Shown here: piece after piece, positions 12,601 through 26,100 of the stretch
Numbering within the stretch: the first letter of the stretch is position 1
How the letters are laid out: each line of letters opens with the position of its first letter
Assembly: GCA_905178155.1 (NCBI GenBank)
Contig: CAJINV010000011.1
Coordinates: forward strand, 1,695,216-1,759,215
Length of the DNA: 64,000 nt
Reading direction: 5' to 3'
DNA from: Amoebophrya sp. A120
Lineage: Eukaryota > Protista > Dinoflagellata
Program-made: the position numbers and the translations under genes
The notes under the pieces: model-generated
The model's input: only the letters and a program-made list of their open reading frames with translations
The model's database searches: none
Told to the model about the DNA's origin: nothing

Positions 12601-14255
12601 TCACCCCAACCTTGATTTCGACCTGCCCTTGGCCTTGAACGCGCCCATCTTCGACGCGGCCGTTTTGCTTTTCGATTTGCCCTATCCTGTGCAAAAGCAT
12701 CGTACTTGTACTAATTGCATACATGCATTACAAATCTAGTGCCTAAGGCAAATCCGCATTACAAATTCAATTTGTAATGCTGAGCCAATTTGTATTGCAA
12801 TTTATACTAGTACGTTACTTTATTTGCAGTTCATATGCCCATGGCCAGAATGGCCTGCGACGCCGCTTCCTTTTCCGCCTTCATCTTTTGCAGCCTTGCG
12901 CCCACCTCGTCCTCCGAACTCAAATCATCGTCAAACGAGCGCCGTTGCTTCGCCCCGTTTTCATCGTCATCATCGGCTGCTGCGGCGATGTCAGCCTGCG
13001 CCGCGGCGGCCTCCTGCGTAGCCTGCCGGACACCGGAGGATAGGCCTCCAAACGCGGCCGCCAGCTCGTTCTTCATGTCCGCCTGGACTTGGGGCCCTTT
13101 CGTCTTCTTCGGGCCTTGAAGGTTCGTCACCGCCTTGCTCTCCGCGACGGACGTGCCCAGCACCGCGTTCAAGCATTTCAAATTCCCAATGGCGCCCGCG
13201 TTTGCATTGCAAAAGTGTCTGGGTCTGGAAACTTGTAATGCAACGAAGGGAATATTTATATTGAGCACACTGTAATGCGCTCCCCAAGATGACAAGTTTT
13301 TCCGGGGTTCAGAGTTCCGTACTCCACATGAGAAACTGCGTTTTTGTATGGCAGACAAGAGGCCCTCTTCGCGGGCACGCAATACAGAGTTTCGAGTCAT
13401 GCCAGACTAGCATGACAAATCTCGCAATCTCCCAGACCCAGACATATTTGCAGTTCATACCGCGCGCTCGTGGTGCGGGGGCAGCCGGTCCGCGGCCTCG
13501 TGCTCCAATTCCCGCCAGAACTCTTCCGCGGCCAGCGCGGCGATACTGGGCACCATGCGAACCGCCTCGTCCTTGTTTTTCGCCGCGCCCGTCTCGGTTT
13601 GCTTCTGCCGTTGCTTCTTCGCGTTCAGGGCGGAGGGGGTGTACTCCATCCGCAGGGCGTACTCGTTCTGCCACTCGGGCGCGGCCCGCGGCTCGTCGCG
13701 CGGGGCGGTGGGGTCGACATTGTTGCCACCCGCCTGGTACATGATCATGCTCTGCACGTACGCGACGCGCGACTCCTCTTGGAGCCGCTTCACCAATTTG
13801 TCTTCCGTGTTTTCCGCGGCCATCGCCTCAATGGCTTTTTGCCGCAGGTAGTCGGAGAAAGCGTCCTGTTTCTGCCCCTGCGCCTTCCGCCAGGCGTTTT
13901 CCAGCTCCTTTTGCTTTTCCTGCCGCTTGAGAAAAAGCTTCGCTCGCTTCAGCCGTCTTTTTCGTTCTAACTCAATCAGCTCCAACAAAATTCCCGTGTT
14001 CTGAAAGTGGTGGGTGTCCACGCGGGCCCACCGACCGGTCATCGGGGCCTCGACCTTGTTGTACTGTTTGTGCACCGGTGGGAGGATGCCGTGGTTCTTT
14101 TTCGCTTGCTCGAGTAACGCCTTCTCCTCCTCGAATTTATTTCGGTCGCGAACAAACTGGCACTCGTCGGGCAGCTGATCCTTTTCCTTGTAGCGACACG
14201 CGCCGGCGTCGCCCCAGGAGGCAGGCGTGTGCCGAGGCGCGTAGGTGAAAAACAT
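12601..14255 (-). CDS. Unknown coiled-coil, K/E/A-rich protein; 3 exons split by 2 introners
   Basis: ORF 13455-14255 joins HERAGAIGNLK and then AMGKSKSK...SRLG* after removing the two elements. Confidence 0.75.
12683..12835. mobile_element. Introner 5 (family B, ~150-165 bp)
   Basis: tatcctgtgcaaaagcatcgtact ... agtacgttactttatttgcagttcata; TSD TGCCC. Confidence 0.88.
13201..13459. mobile_element. Introner 6 (GTCTGGGTCTGG-type TIR)
   Basis: TSD CCGCG; imperfect TIR; frame restored on removal. Confidence 0.88.
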
Positions 14256-14990
14256 TTTTGTAGTGCGGGGGAGGTGCTACCTGCACTCGTAATTATATCA
14301 GATCGAAACTACAACTAGTCCTTGTGGGGGTACTAGACAACTTCGAAGGATCATGGTAGGTTTTTTTTTTTATCAGAAGGTGGAGCTAATCGTAATCAAA
14401 GAAGATAAGGGTTCTTGCGGGGTATGAAATGCTTGAGTTGATGGTGTTTGATGCCACCTGCAGTTGTCGTGAATGTTGAAAGTGATTCTGTGGTACTATG
14501 TTAGCTGGCAAGTGGACAGCAACCATTAAACGACGAAGTAAACTGCAAAGACGAGTAGAAGAACCGAGATGACACAATGCGCTGGTGGCAGCTACCGACT
14601 TCTATTTTCTTCGTTTTTTGTTGAGCAACAGTACCGAGAGGTTGTCTCACTCTTCGAGGACCGAGAGGGAGAGCTGGGTTTGATTCAAGTTTTCCTTCAT
14701 TATTCCGGACGAGACCGATTCTGAAACTTCTTTCTTGACATACGCATCTTCGACATTGAGATTGACGCACGAGAATCTATTCACCGAGACTTGTATATTA
14801 CTGATTTTTTACCGAAAACGCCAAGCTGATGCGGAAAATGCATGATAGGCGGTTACAGTAGATACAAGCTTCGGTAACATTCTCCGATATAATAATTCGT
14901 CTCCACCATCCCATCTTCAGTCGTGTTATACAACCTATACATAGGCATTGGCAGCTGCGTCAGTGCTCTTTTTATTGGAGTTCGACCTTG

Positions 14991-16358
14991 TCACAGCTCC
15001 TCTGGCCCGCCCCGCTGAGCAGCTGCCTCCTGGCCTTCTCCGTACACCTCCGCTGGCAAGGAAACCACCACTCGTCCCGCGGTCCCGGCTGGTCTTTGCT
15101 CGATCTCCGTGTGCGCAGCTTCGGTGGCCGCCAGACCGCGGAAAGTTTTATCGGGGTCTACAACGGGTTGCAGGTGGTCGATCCAAACGGTCCGCAGCTC
15201 CTCATCCGCTTGTTTCCGGACGCCTGGGTCCGCGATGCCGACAAACCCGGTGACGGATCCCTCCGACTGCATCAGAAGACGTGCGTCAACAGAGCCCTCC
15301 GAGTGCCCCTTGTTCCCGACTACGACGACCTTCCCGTGTTTCGCGAGGAGGCGGAGATCCGAGCCGAGGTTGGCCTGCGCTTGCATTTCGAGGATCAAGT
15401 CAAACTTAGTATCTACCGGAAGGTCTGCGCGGGTGTGATCGGTCACGAAAATGTGCGGCGCAGTGCCTGTGGTGCTTTTCGATTCCTCTGTAGATGTTCC
15501 TTGCTGCGCAGCTTGCGTCGATTCGGCGTCTGCTCCAGTACTCAGTGCCTCCGCCCCCCAGAGTTTCCTCACCTGTGTCCGCAGCAATTCCCGGCCCCGT
15601 TCCGACCCGGCAGTGAAGGCCAACACCGGGCCGAGATCGAGTTTTCTCGCCATCTGCAAGACCAGCAAACCTACACCGCCACTCGCACCGTTGACGAGCA
15701 AAGACGAGGCTTTACCATATATTCTGCTTGTTCCGGGCTTAATATTTTGTGCGCCGCCTTTCTCCACCAAAGCACGCCAGGCGGCGTAGTAGGGCACACC
15801 AAAACCCGCGCCTTGTTCGAAAGTTAACCTCTCGGGAAGCGGAAACACGTCTTTTCGATTCGCGATGCAGTGGGAAGCGTAGCACCCGTTTTCAGAATTC
15901 GTTGTGAACACGCGCGCGCCGGGGTACAGCCAGGAAGCAGCTTGTTGTTGTGTTTGTTCGTGCTCGTTTTTGGAAGCTAGTGCACTTTCGGTTCCGATCT
16001 CCACCACCGTACCCGCGCAATCGCGACCCGGGGTATAGGGGAGCTTTGGTAAATTTGCGTACGCCCCGGCCCGCTGGTACGTCTCCGAAGGATTGATACC
16101 GAAGGCTCGAACTTGGATTAGGACTTGGTCCGGGTCGAGGCGAGTATTTTCGGATTGAAACAACAGCTGGTCCTTTACGACGCGGAGAACCTCTGGTTTT
16201 CCAAAGGCCGACACGCTAACGACGTCGCGGACGGAGACTAGCGATGATCCATTGGTCGCGCTCGTGAGTGGTGCTGTCGCGGTGCTGGCCGCCCGCGCAA
16301 GGACGACGCCGCCGCTGACAGCGGGCATGGCTGAGGGCAGCTTCATGATGTAGTTCAA
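14991..16358 (-). CDS. NADPH:quinone oxidoreductase (zeta-crystallin-like, MDR family), intronless
   Basis: QVLIQVRAFGINPSETYQRAGAY, LPYTPGRDCAG, LLVNGASGGVG nucleotide-binding motif. Confidence 0.9.
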   Translation of the reverse strand: MNYIMKLPSAMPAVSGGVVLARAASTATAPLTSATNGSSLVSVRDVVSVSAFGKPEVLRVVKDQLLFQSENTRLDPDQVLIQVRAFGINPSETYQRAGAYANLPKLPYTPGRDCAGTVVEIGTESALASKNEHEQTQQQAASWLYPGARVFTTNSENGCYASHCIANRKDVFPLPERLTFEQGAGFGVPYYAAWRALVEKGGAQNIKPGTSRIYGKASSLLVNGASGGVGLLVLQMARKLDLGPVLAFTAGSERGRELLRTQVRKLWGAEALSTGADAESTQAAQQGTSTEESKSTTGTAPHIFVTDHTRADLPVDTKFDLILEMQAQANLGSDLRLLAKHGKVVVVGNKGHSEGSVDARLLMQSEGSVTGFVGIADPGVRKQADEELRTVWIDHLQPVVDPDKTFRGLAATEAAHTEIEQRPAGTAGRVVVSLPAEVYGEGQEAAAQRGGPEEL

Positions 16359-17102
16359 GTTCTATATTTACCAATAGTTCGGCGTTCAGATTATGATGAA
16401 GATATCTATTTGCTCCGCCCCGTGTGAGATGTCATCTTCTTTTGATGTGCAGCAAGACGTGTCACCCTTTTAGCCACTAGCGCTACCGGAGCTGATCTTT
16501 ACACATGCACTACTGTCGCGAGCATCGTGAAACAGATCACAAAGAAAGCCCGCCAAGAGGATCGTCTCGACCTCACGAAACCATACTTGGAAACGAACAC
16601 CACCGCAGCCTGTGAGAATGTCCTCCGCAGGTGCGTGCCGCTTCGATGAAAGAGTCGCGCCCACCTTCATGCGGACAACTGCCAGTTCGCCGTTGGAGAA
16701 TTGGCGGGATATTTCTCGAACTGCTCGTCGGAAGACCACTCGCATTCGTTTATATTTGTTTTTCAAAGATTCTTGAAAAAGTAACTTCTACGGTCTTTAT
16801 TTTAACAAGAAGGTATTGACTCAACAGAAGAAAGTGCTGAAAAGTTTGTCATCTTTTCTTTCAGGTGCAAGGCTTTTTTAGCTCTTGTCACGAGAACATG
16901 ATGAGTAGAAGAGACCTAATACAGACACAGTTTCAACAGATTTAGATGGTGCGTCATGTTGATTCCTGCAGCGGCAAATTCTTCTTTTCCGCAGAGGCAG
17001 ATGTTATCGAAATGGAAAATAATTAACCTAGCAACTACAGCATCCGGTAAAGAAAAAAACGTTCGTCCATATTAACTACTTTTCACACTACAAAGCAAGA
17101 GC

Positions 17103-20100
17103 TCAGTTTGCGGGGTTCGAGTTCGGCGCTCCGTCAGAACAGGAGGTTATTTCGGACGATTCGCTGTAATTGGCGTACTGATCCCGCGCTCTTTCCCAGT
17201 GCTCCCGTGAAAATTTAGCGGAAAATTTCGCCACGTCGTCTACCGAGAAGGACGACTCTCCAGATTCCATTTTCCGCAGGTAGTTCGACAGGTACAGTGG
17301 CGACATCGCGGTCGCAAGAATCCGCAGCCCGAGCGGGTTGTCAAACGTGCAGCGGATTAGCGTCGGTAACAGGATGTGTAGTTTCTTCGGATCAAGCAGG
17401 AACACCCCGAACGGGAGCCGGGCGAGTTTTCCCAGTAGCGTCGGTTCGTTCTGGATGTCGGAGAAGGTGCTCTCGACTGCGAAAAGCGGCGCTGCTGCAG
17501 GCGTCACGGTAGATGCTGTCGTTGACCCGGCCGTCGCAGCTGCTGGCGGTGGTCCAAATTCGAACAACGATGCCGAGGCAGTAGCGGCTGCGGTAGCAGT
17601 AACTGTTCCCTTTATTGGACCCTGCTGCAGGTTGTGGTCCTTACCACTCTGAACGCTCGCAACTATCGTCGGACTGGTCCCTAAACTCTCTCCACCGCCA
17701 GCCGCCGCCGCACCGGTGTGATCGAGTACTTTCAAACCGCGACCGGAGCACATGTGTAGGATCTCTTGGTTGACCGGGTGCAATGCCGTGAAATTTCCCA
17801 GAAAGTGCACCAACTCCGAGAGCAACTCTGCTTCTTTGGATGTTGCGCCCGAGGATGATGCAGAGGACCCCGCTGTTCCTCCGCCTCCAAGCAACATGTC
17901 CATCTGATTCATCTGCTGGGGTTCTTTTTTGCTGCCGGCGTCGTCAAACTGCACTTTACAAGTGTACTCGAAAAGGAACCGCACCACGTGAAACACCTCC
18001 GCAATTTTGATCGGACTCTCCCCCAACGCGGATTGCAGAACCAGTGGTGGGATCGTGTTGAAAAGTTTGAAGAGATTGGTCGCGAGGGAGATGGAAGTCT
18101 GCGGAATGCGCTCCACGCGCGCGGCCGCCGCGTTCGGCGAGAGAAGAACCGAGGTGAGTAACGGGATACTGCCAAAAAACTCGGTCTTCTGCAGCATACT
18201 CTTGATCGGCCCGCAAGAGTTGCTGGTTGATGTCGTGTGGGCGGGAAGCTGCAATGTGGTCGATGTTGTACTGGAAGTCGTAGAAGTTGCGGATGATGTG
18301 CTAGTTGGAACAACCGCACCAGGATGAACAAACACCCCACGCACCAGCACCTGGAGCAAAATGGAAGCTCGGAGCAAAAAAGTGGTCTGCGTCTCGAAAA
18401 TCTGCATCATGCTGGCGTGGCGGAAACGCGCACGAAGCCGGTTTCCCAGACCGGAGAGAAGTACTTGCTGTGCCACGAGGCCCTTGCTACTCAACAGCTT
18501 TGCCAGTTGATCTGGCGCAGCGGCTCCGTCCTGCTGTTGATCCATGATTGGTAGCGGGTTTTCTGATACATCTTGACCACTTGTTCCACCTTGTCCTAGT
18601 TGGAGCTGAGAAGGGTCAGAAGTTGATGCACCACGACCAGCCGCGGTTGTTTTTGCTTCTCCACTTTGTCCTCCAGCTGCTAATTTCAGTGCTGCTGCCG
18701 CGGCGGCGTGAATTTTCGTGTAGGACTCCGCATGTTTCCCATCGGACGACAGAATGTCCTGTTGTTGCAGACACTGGCTGAGCACGTGGAAGATTTGCGC
18801 GAGCTGCGTGCATAGAAACTGGAACCCTTCCGACCGGTGGACGGGTGGGGCGGATTTATCGGGCTTGGCCAGCCACCAATCCTCCACCAGCGCGGGCGCC
18901 ACGCGTAGTCGGGGGGGACGATAGAGGTTCTGGTCATTCTCAAGTCCTGTGGTCAGCGGGTCCACTATCAACTCGTCGTCGCCGAGTGCAAATTCCAGAA
19001 ACGGCACGTCTTTGTCACACACCAAACCAGGGGGCGCAGGAACTACTGCGGTAGTCGTAGCGTCCTGCTGTGCGTGTAGTAATGCACCACCGCCAATCGT
19101 CTTCCCGCTCTGTTGGTACAAACCCGGTAGCAGACTCGTGCCAGTCAATGTAGGAGACTTCGCATCGGAGGTCGTGGTGTTCAACATTGCAGTACTACCC
19201 GCTGCTCCGGGGAACAGATGTCGCGGAAGCTGTTGCAACATAGCACCAGCTCCAGTTCTGTTCGGCGACGAGGCGCTGCTTTTGCTCTTCCGGGCTGACA
19301 AATCGGCGGCGGGACCACCAGCGGAAATGGTCCCAGTATTGCCAGGTATTGCCACAGCAGCAGACGTCGTCCCGCTGTTGCGTTTCAGAGAGGAATTGCT
19401 GTGGTCCGGCGTTTTCGCTGCTTGATCGAAAGTCGCCCCGCTGGTGAGTGCAAAATAACGCGACGCGTGCTTTTCCCGGTATTCCAAGATTTCCAAAAGT
19501 TCCAGACACCGCACCGCGCACTCCACCAGCCCCTGCACACGGCCCGAGAGGAGCAAAAACACCCGCGTGGCGTTGTTCTTGCACAGTTGCGTGAACAGCT
19601 TTAACGCGACGACAATCGCAGACATAACGTTTTGGTGTATGCTGGAAGTCGCTCCTGCGGAGGTTGATGTGGTGCCAGTCGAGGACTGCTGGGACGACGA
19701 CCCGGTCGTGTTTAGAAGCACCAAATGCGCCGCAAACACGTCCGGAAGCTTCATCACCATGGACGCTGCGAGTTGTGTGGCGCCGTGCTGCACCAGCACA
19801 ATGTACTCGTTGGTGCTTTTGCACTTCTCCAACAGCCGCACGACGTCCTTCAAACAACCCTCCACGGTGTCCCACGCGACGGTTTCCAAGCCCTGCATGT
19901 TGTCCTGAGCGAAGCTGCTGGCGCGACCAGGTTCCGGAAACTGGTGCCAGGCACTGGAGAATGGTTTTGGTTTTCAGGTTGTGCTGATGATCTTCGATAA
20001 TTCAGGATCACCCTTCATGAACATGTACATGATGCGTCGAGCTCCAACATGAACATATTCAAAACAATTTTTCATTCATATTCTTTCGCGTAGGCGGTGA

Positions 20101-23100
20101 TCCAAAATTCAAAATCGAAAGAAAAGCAGTAAGTTGTCATGTGATGAAAGGCAGTTGTACCTGTTCGGAGCTCCTCCGGCGGTATCCTTCCCTGCAGCTG
20201 CTGGCGCCACAATCACGCACGGGTTCGCTTTCTTTTTCTCCTCCTGCGCATTCATCGCCTGTGCCAAAGCGGGCCCGCAAAGCCGTTGCAGTTCCTGTGA
20301 CAACTTGGAACTGCGGGCCCGGATGCCAGTGGCCAAGGGCCGCAGGTCGATTTGGCAGAGGTCGCAGGCGACTTGCAGAGCCACTTTGTCGTCGAGGAAA
20401 TAAGGTTGACTCGATGGTAACGAGGTTTTTGCTATTTGTAGTGCAGCCACTCCTGCTGCTGCAGTAGGCTCAACATCTAGACCTTTCTGATCCGCCAGGA
20501 GAGGATCAACAGCTGCAACTGTGGACGGTGCGACAACCGCCGTGGAAGAAGATGATGTAACCGAGGCGTCGAAGAACACGAAGAACGGAAGCTCGTTGTC
20601 CTTTTTCTGTTCGAGGAAAGCCTTCTCCAAAACCTCTTCGTCTGTGTCTAAGATGTTCCCGTCTGGGCCGACATTTGGTTTTTTCTTCGCTTTTTTGTTC
20701 TTTCTCTTCTTCGCTTTGGCTTTGGCTTGTTCCGTACCACCAGCCGTCACTCCGCCTTGACTCTCGATCTCCGCAGTTGCATCCTCGGGAACTTCCACTG
20801 CGGGAGACTTCTGCGATTCCAACTCGGCTTTCTGCGCAGCGGGGGTTGCAGCGACATCGGAATCGGAATCAGATGAAACCAAGTCCATCATGCCTCCGAA
20901 GGTGTTCCTGCTGGCGGCCGCCCAAGCGTTGGTATTGGACTTGTTGTTCGAGGGCTTGCTGGCAGTGGTCTTGGGCGCCGGCTTAGTTGTTGTACTCGTT
21001 GATGTAACTTCTACTACGACCGGCTTCGACGGCGCAACGGGCTCCGGCGCAGGTTTGTTGATGTCCTCTGGCTGCGTCGCACCAGGAGTTTTGATAATGT
21101 CCTGCTGCGGAACTACAGCTGTGGTCGCGGCCTTTATTTTTCCCGGATACAGCTGCTTTTTCTTCTTCCGCTGCTCCTCCGGTAGTTGTACTACCGTTGC
21201 ATTTTCGCTGGGGGCATTCTCATTTGTCGCCACGCTCGCTTTACTGCTGCTGTTTGTTCCGCCTATATTAATTCCAGCGCCGGCCTTCGCGGCGGCGAGA
21301 TAATTTATCGGAGGTGCTGGTGCAGCGACGTCAAGCTGCGTTGTTGTATCGCGATCGGTTGGTGAGAAAAGAAACTGCTGCTGCTGACCCTTCCCCCCTG
21401 GTCGCGTGCTCTTCCTACCTTTCCCACCAGTAGCAGAAGCTGCACCGGGGGAGGCCGCAAGATGGTTCGCAGATTTATTTATTTCGTGGTCCTTGTCCTT
21501 GCCTGCCTTGTCCGTGGTACCACCGCGGTGCCATCCCTTGTTGTTGTTCCCCCCTGGACCTACTCGAGAGGAATTTAACTTACTCGCTTCCCCGACCCCG
21601 GCTTGCTCAGGCTTGCGACCACTTGCATTATTTGCATGTTGACCGCCTTTTCGATTTTGGTTCAGCGCTGCACTTTTGCCTAAATTTTTCGCGTTGCCCC
21701 TTGCTGACGAGGCTCCTGTTGAAGAAGTAGGTCCACCCTGGTTTGTAGACGACGCATTTTTATGCGTCGCCGCCGTGGCGGCCAACAGCCGCTTCTGCAT
21801 GCGCTTCTCGCTCGCTTTGGCACGGCTCCAGCCCTCTTCCAAGGGTTCGTCCGCGAAGGAGAGCGGCGGAGGCTGTGGTTGATTTGACCCCGACGTTCTT
21901 TGTGCAGCTCCTCGCAAGAGTAACTCCTCCTCGTCCGCGTCTTGGTGTGCATACAGGATCTCCTCCTCCTCTTCTTGACCACCGTCATCGCTCGACACCG
22001 TTCCCCGACCGGAGAGCCCGCCTGCTCCAGATGAAACTACAGATGTCGCACCCTGAATCGCACGGCCGGTGACGGTCAGGTCTATGGAACAACCTTCGTC
22101 CTGGAGGTTCTCATCTTCCGGGTCGTCGTCTTCGTCGTCGGGTAGTTCTTTGCCGTCCCGTGGTTCCACAGCATGTTTTTGTTTTTCGGCGTCACCTTCT
22201 TCATCTTGCCCAGCACCACCCGAGGTAGCTGCAGAGGAGGTTCTCGGGTCTCCTTGTAATAATTCCTCGTTGTTTTCCATCTCCTCGTTATCGTCCGCTC
22301 CTCCGGAGGAAATCCGCCCCGCCGCAGCCTCGCTCTCGTTGCCCGTACCAGCGGAGAGCTATCCTCCGTAAAAACATCCCCACCACAGGGTCGTCTTGCA
22401 GATTTGCAAGGACAAGAGCATTTGTAATGCGCATCCCCATGACAGGCATTTCCGTTTCCCATTGTTTTTTGGAGCTTGTAATGCTGTAAACAGGATAAGG
22501 AGACGGATTTGTTATGCAGCTTCCCGTGCTAAGCTGGAGCTGCACTACAGTACAGCCTGCAACTTCTCATGCGTGACTCCCAAAACTTCAAGGTTTGTGT
22601 TGCAGAATGCCCATCTTGACTCTGTGGTGGGGATGTTTTTACTCAGGATAAGAGCAGGGAAGTTTTCAGGCTCAGCATCTTCTTCTTCTGCTCGCGGTAC
22701 TGCAAATACTGTTCTCGGGAGTGCAACACCTTCATCTTTTTGTCCTCCGCCAGCTCCTTCCGGCGCTCGCTCGCCTCGTCCGACTTTTGCTTCGACTTCT
22801 GCGCTATCCTGTGCAAAAGTATCGTACTCGTAGTAATTCCAGTCATGCATACTTATACAAATCTCCCTTTTTAGCAGGTGAGTCAGCATTACAAATTCCA
22901 TTTTTTCTTTTGGGAAAATTATTTGTAATGCGATTTACACTAGTACGATACTTTTGCAATGCATATGCGCCTTGGCCTTCTTCGCGAGCAGCGCATTTTG
23001 CCGGTTCAGCGCGGCCTGCTGTTCCTTTTCGTACAACTGATCCAGCAAGGCGGACTGTTTCTCGCTCCACTCGCTTCTCCGCTTCTCGGTCGCCTTCGCA

Positions 23101-26100
23101 ATCCTGGTTGCACTCGCCATCAATTTTTCCCGGACCGCCTGCTGGAGCGACTCCCGCTGGGCGTCGGCCTCCCGCTGCTTCTTCTGGATCAGCATCTGAT
23201 TCTGCAGCTCCGCCGTGTATTCCGCGGATCCCTTTTCCACCCGCGCGATCCACTGCGCTTCCTCCGCCTTTAAATTCATCGCCCGGGCCTTCAGCAACAT
23301 ATGCTGTGCAAAAGTATCGTACTCGTAGAAATGCTAACGCATGACAAATTCCCTCAGCATGAGAAATAAAATTTGTCATGCGGATTTACCTTGAGATAAA
23401 ATTTTGTAATGCAGGATTGCAATTACTACGAGTACGATACTTTTGCACAGGATACAACACTTCCTGCAGCGATTCCTGGTACTGCTCCTTCGCCCGGTCC
23501 ATTTTTTTCCGCAAATCCGCGTGCAAACTATCACAAGAAAAAGTGTCAACGTCAACGGTTTCCACAGATTGCGGCCATGCATCACAAATGTAAGCCAATA
23601 TGCATTCTAGGCATGACAAATTTTGGCAAGTTTTGTCTTTGTGATTGTGATGCAGATGCATTGCTGCATCACAAATTCCATTAACGTTAACCCTTTTTCC
23701 TGTGATACAAACTTGCCTGCTTCTCCTCGCGCCGCTGCCGCGCTTTCTCCACTTTCTCGTCGATCTCCCGCGTTTTTTGCTTTGTTTTTTGCTTTTCCTT
23801 TTCGTGCTGCTGCTGCCGTAACTCCGCGGCGCGCTGCTGCTTCCGTTCGATGTCCTCTTCTGTCAGTTGGGACGACTGGTGCGACCGGAAAGTCCGAAGT
23901 TTCCGCTCGCGCTTCATGTGACTTTGAATCAACCGCTCGACCACTTCGTTTAGCTGCTGGCCGCGGCTGGGCCCGCGCGCGACGGCGTCGCTGTTGTTAA
24001 TGTTGGCGTTTCCAGCTGCAGCTAATGCGGGTCCTGCAGGAGCTCCACCGGCGCTCGTTGTGCTGTTATTCCCCGCTGCGGCTGATGCGATTTGCCGGCT
24101 CAGCGGGCTCGCAGCGTCCATGGACGTGGAAGAGCCGCCCCGGAGGCTCGAGGTGGAGGGATGCAGTACCGGCGTCGAGGTGAATCCGCTTTGCGACGGT
24201 GCCGGTTCGACTAGATTGTTCTGGTCTGCTTGAGTTGTCTGTGCCTCCCCCGTCGTTGTCACAGGCTCCGCGGTCCCTTTCTGGTTTGCTTGCGGAACCG
24301 CCGCGGCTGTAGAAACAACTGCAACAGCACCACCTGCACTAGGACCATTTTGGCTAGTATTTTTCGCACCAGCGCGAAAATTGTTCGACATGCCGAACTC
24401 ATCTTCCGTCGTATCATCATCGGTCCGCATGTCCGCCCACGCCTTGCGCTTTCCCCACCGCGAGGAATTATGCTGGTGCTCGGGCTTGATTTTCTGCGCA
24501 GCAGAAGTTGTTGTACTACTCGGTTCCTTTTTCGTGATGTTGCAATTGTCGATATTGTTGTTGGGATTTTTCATCTTTGTCGCAGCTACCAGGTTCACGG
24601 AAGACCCCTCTACTCCGCCCAACGTCGGGGTCCGTGTTAAACCCGGGGTGAGTGGCTGAGATCCGGAAGGAACAACGGCTCCGTCTTGTTCATTGACAAT
24701 TCCTGTCCCGTCACCGAAAACCAACGACGTGTTGGTACTCACAGGTTATCAAATGCAAAAATGTCTGGGTCTGGAAGAGTGCGCGATTTGTCATGCTGCT
24801 TTTCCATGACCCATGAGGTCTGGAATGCAGGACCTAGCATGACGGATTCTGCGAGACCTTTCTCATGCCTATCCTGCATGAGAAACTCCCTCCCGACTTG
24901 ATCAAAACTGGACGACTATTGGTAATCATGCAACACAGATTTTTGCATGCTGCAGATTTAGCATGACAAGTTGCATTCTTCCAGACCCAGACATTTTTAC
25001 ATTTGGTACAGGTCCTTCCTTCACAGGGGAGCCCTTCTTCCCAAACAAATTCAACGCTTTCCCTAACGTATCAAATGTAAAAATGTCTGGGTCTGGAAGG
25101 ATACAACTTGTGATGCTACTTTTGGAATTTGAATTGAAGTAGCGACGCCACCCTGACGTGCCTCGGTAGCCGATCGCTCTACCAACCGGAGGTGCTAATT
25201 ACATGCTTACTTCTTCCTTCGTCGAGCACCTTCTTCGCCATACAAGCCGGCTGGTGAGCAATTACCCGGACTGCCGGCCCAATTTGTGCCGGTTTTGGTG
25301 TTTTAGGGAGATACCCGCAACGCCCCCGCGGAGTTGGCGAAACCCTGATAGCGAGACGCAACCCTTGGCGCTACTTTTGGAATCTACATAAAAACTGTAT
25401 TGCATGAACAGCAAAAGAGGTGTAATTTGTGTTACGCGGAGAGGTCATTTCTCATGCGGTATGAGCATCAGAAAGCCCTCGCAAAATCTCTGACGCTAGG
25501 GCATGCATCACAGCCCTAATGGGTCATGCAAAATCTGCATGACAAACTCCTGCATTCTTCCAGACCCAGACATTTTTGCAATCCATATAACGCTTCCGAG
25601 TCGGTCGACGGTTTCCATTCCCAGGCGATCGCGCCAGAAGAACTGTTGATTTTCGTCGTGCCCTCCTCTACCAGTTTCAGCTTACTGCTGACGTTCTGGT
25701 GTTGCACCGATGTAGATGACGCGTTAGTACCTGCTGCAGATGCAGCGGAGGCAACGGACGCACGACCGGTTGCAGTGGCTGTAGCTTGTTCCGCCGGAGC
25801 TGTCGTGGACGCAGCAGCTGGCGGCTTCGCAGTTTGTTCGACGCCGGCTGCACTAGTTTCCTCTCCTGCGCCAGCTGTCGTATTTGCAATACCCGCGTTG
25901 TGACCACTTTGTTCCCCAGGTAGTTGTTGCTGCACTACCCCGTCTATCAAATGCAAAAATGTCTGGGTCTGGAAGAATGCAAGATTTGTGATGCAGGTTT
26001 TCCATGACCCATGAGGTCTGGAATGCGAGACCCAGCATGACAGATTCTTTGAGGTCTCTATCATGCCTTTCCTGCATGAGAAACTCCCTCTCAACTTGGT

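Noticed and set aside
24345-24355. CCATTTTGGCT, matching the core of the dinoflagellate spliced leader
   Set aside because: Only 11 nt, antisense within a coding exon; consistent with chance.
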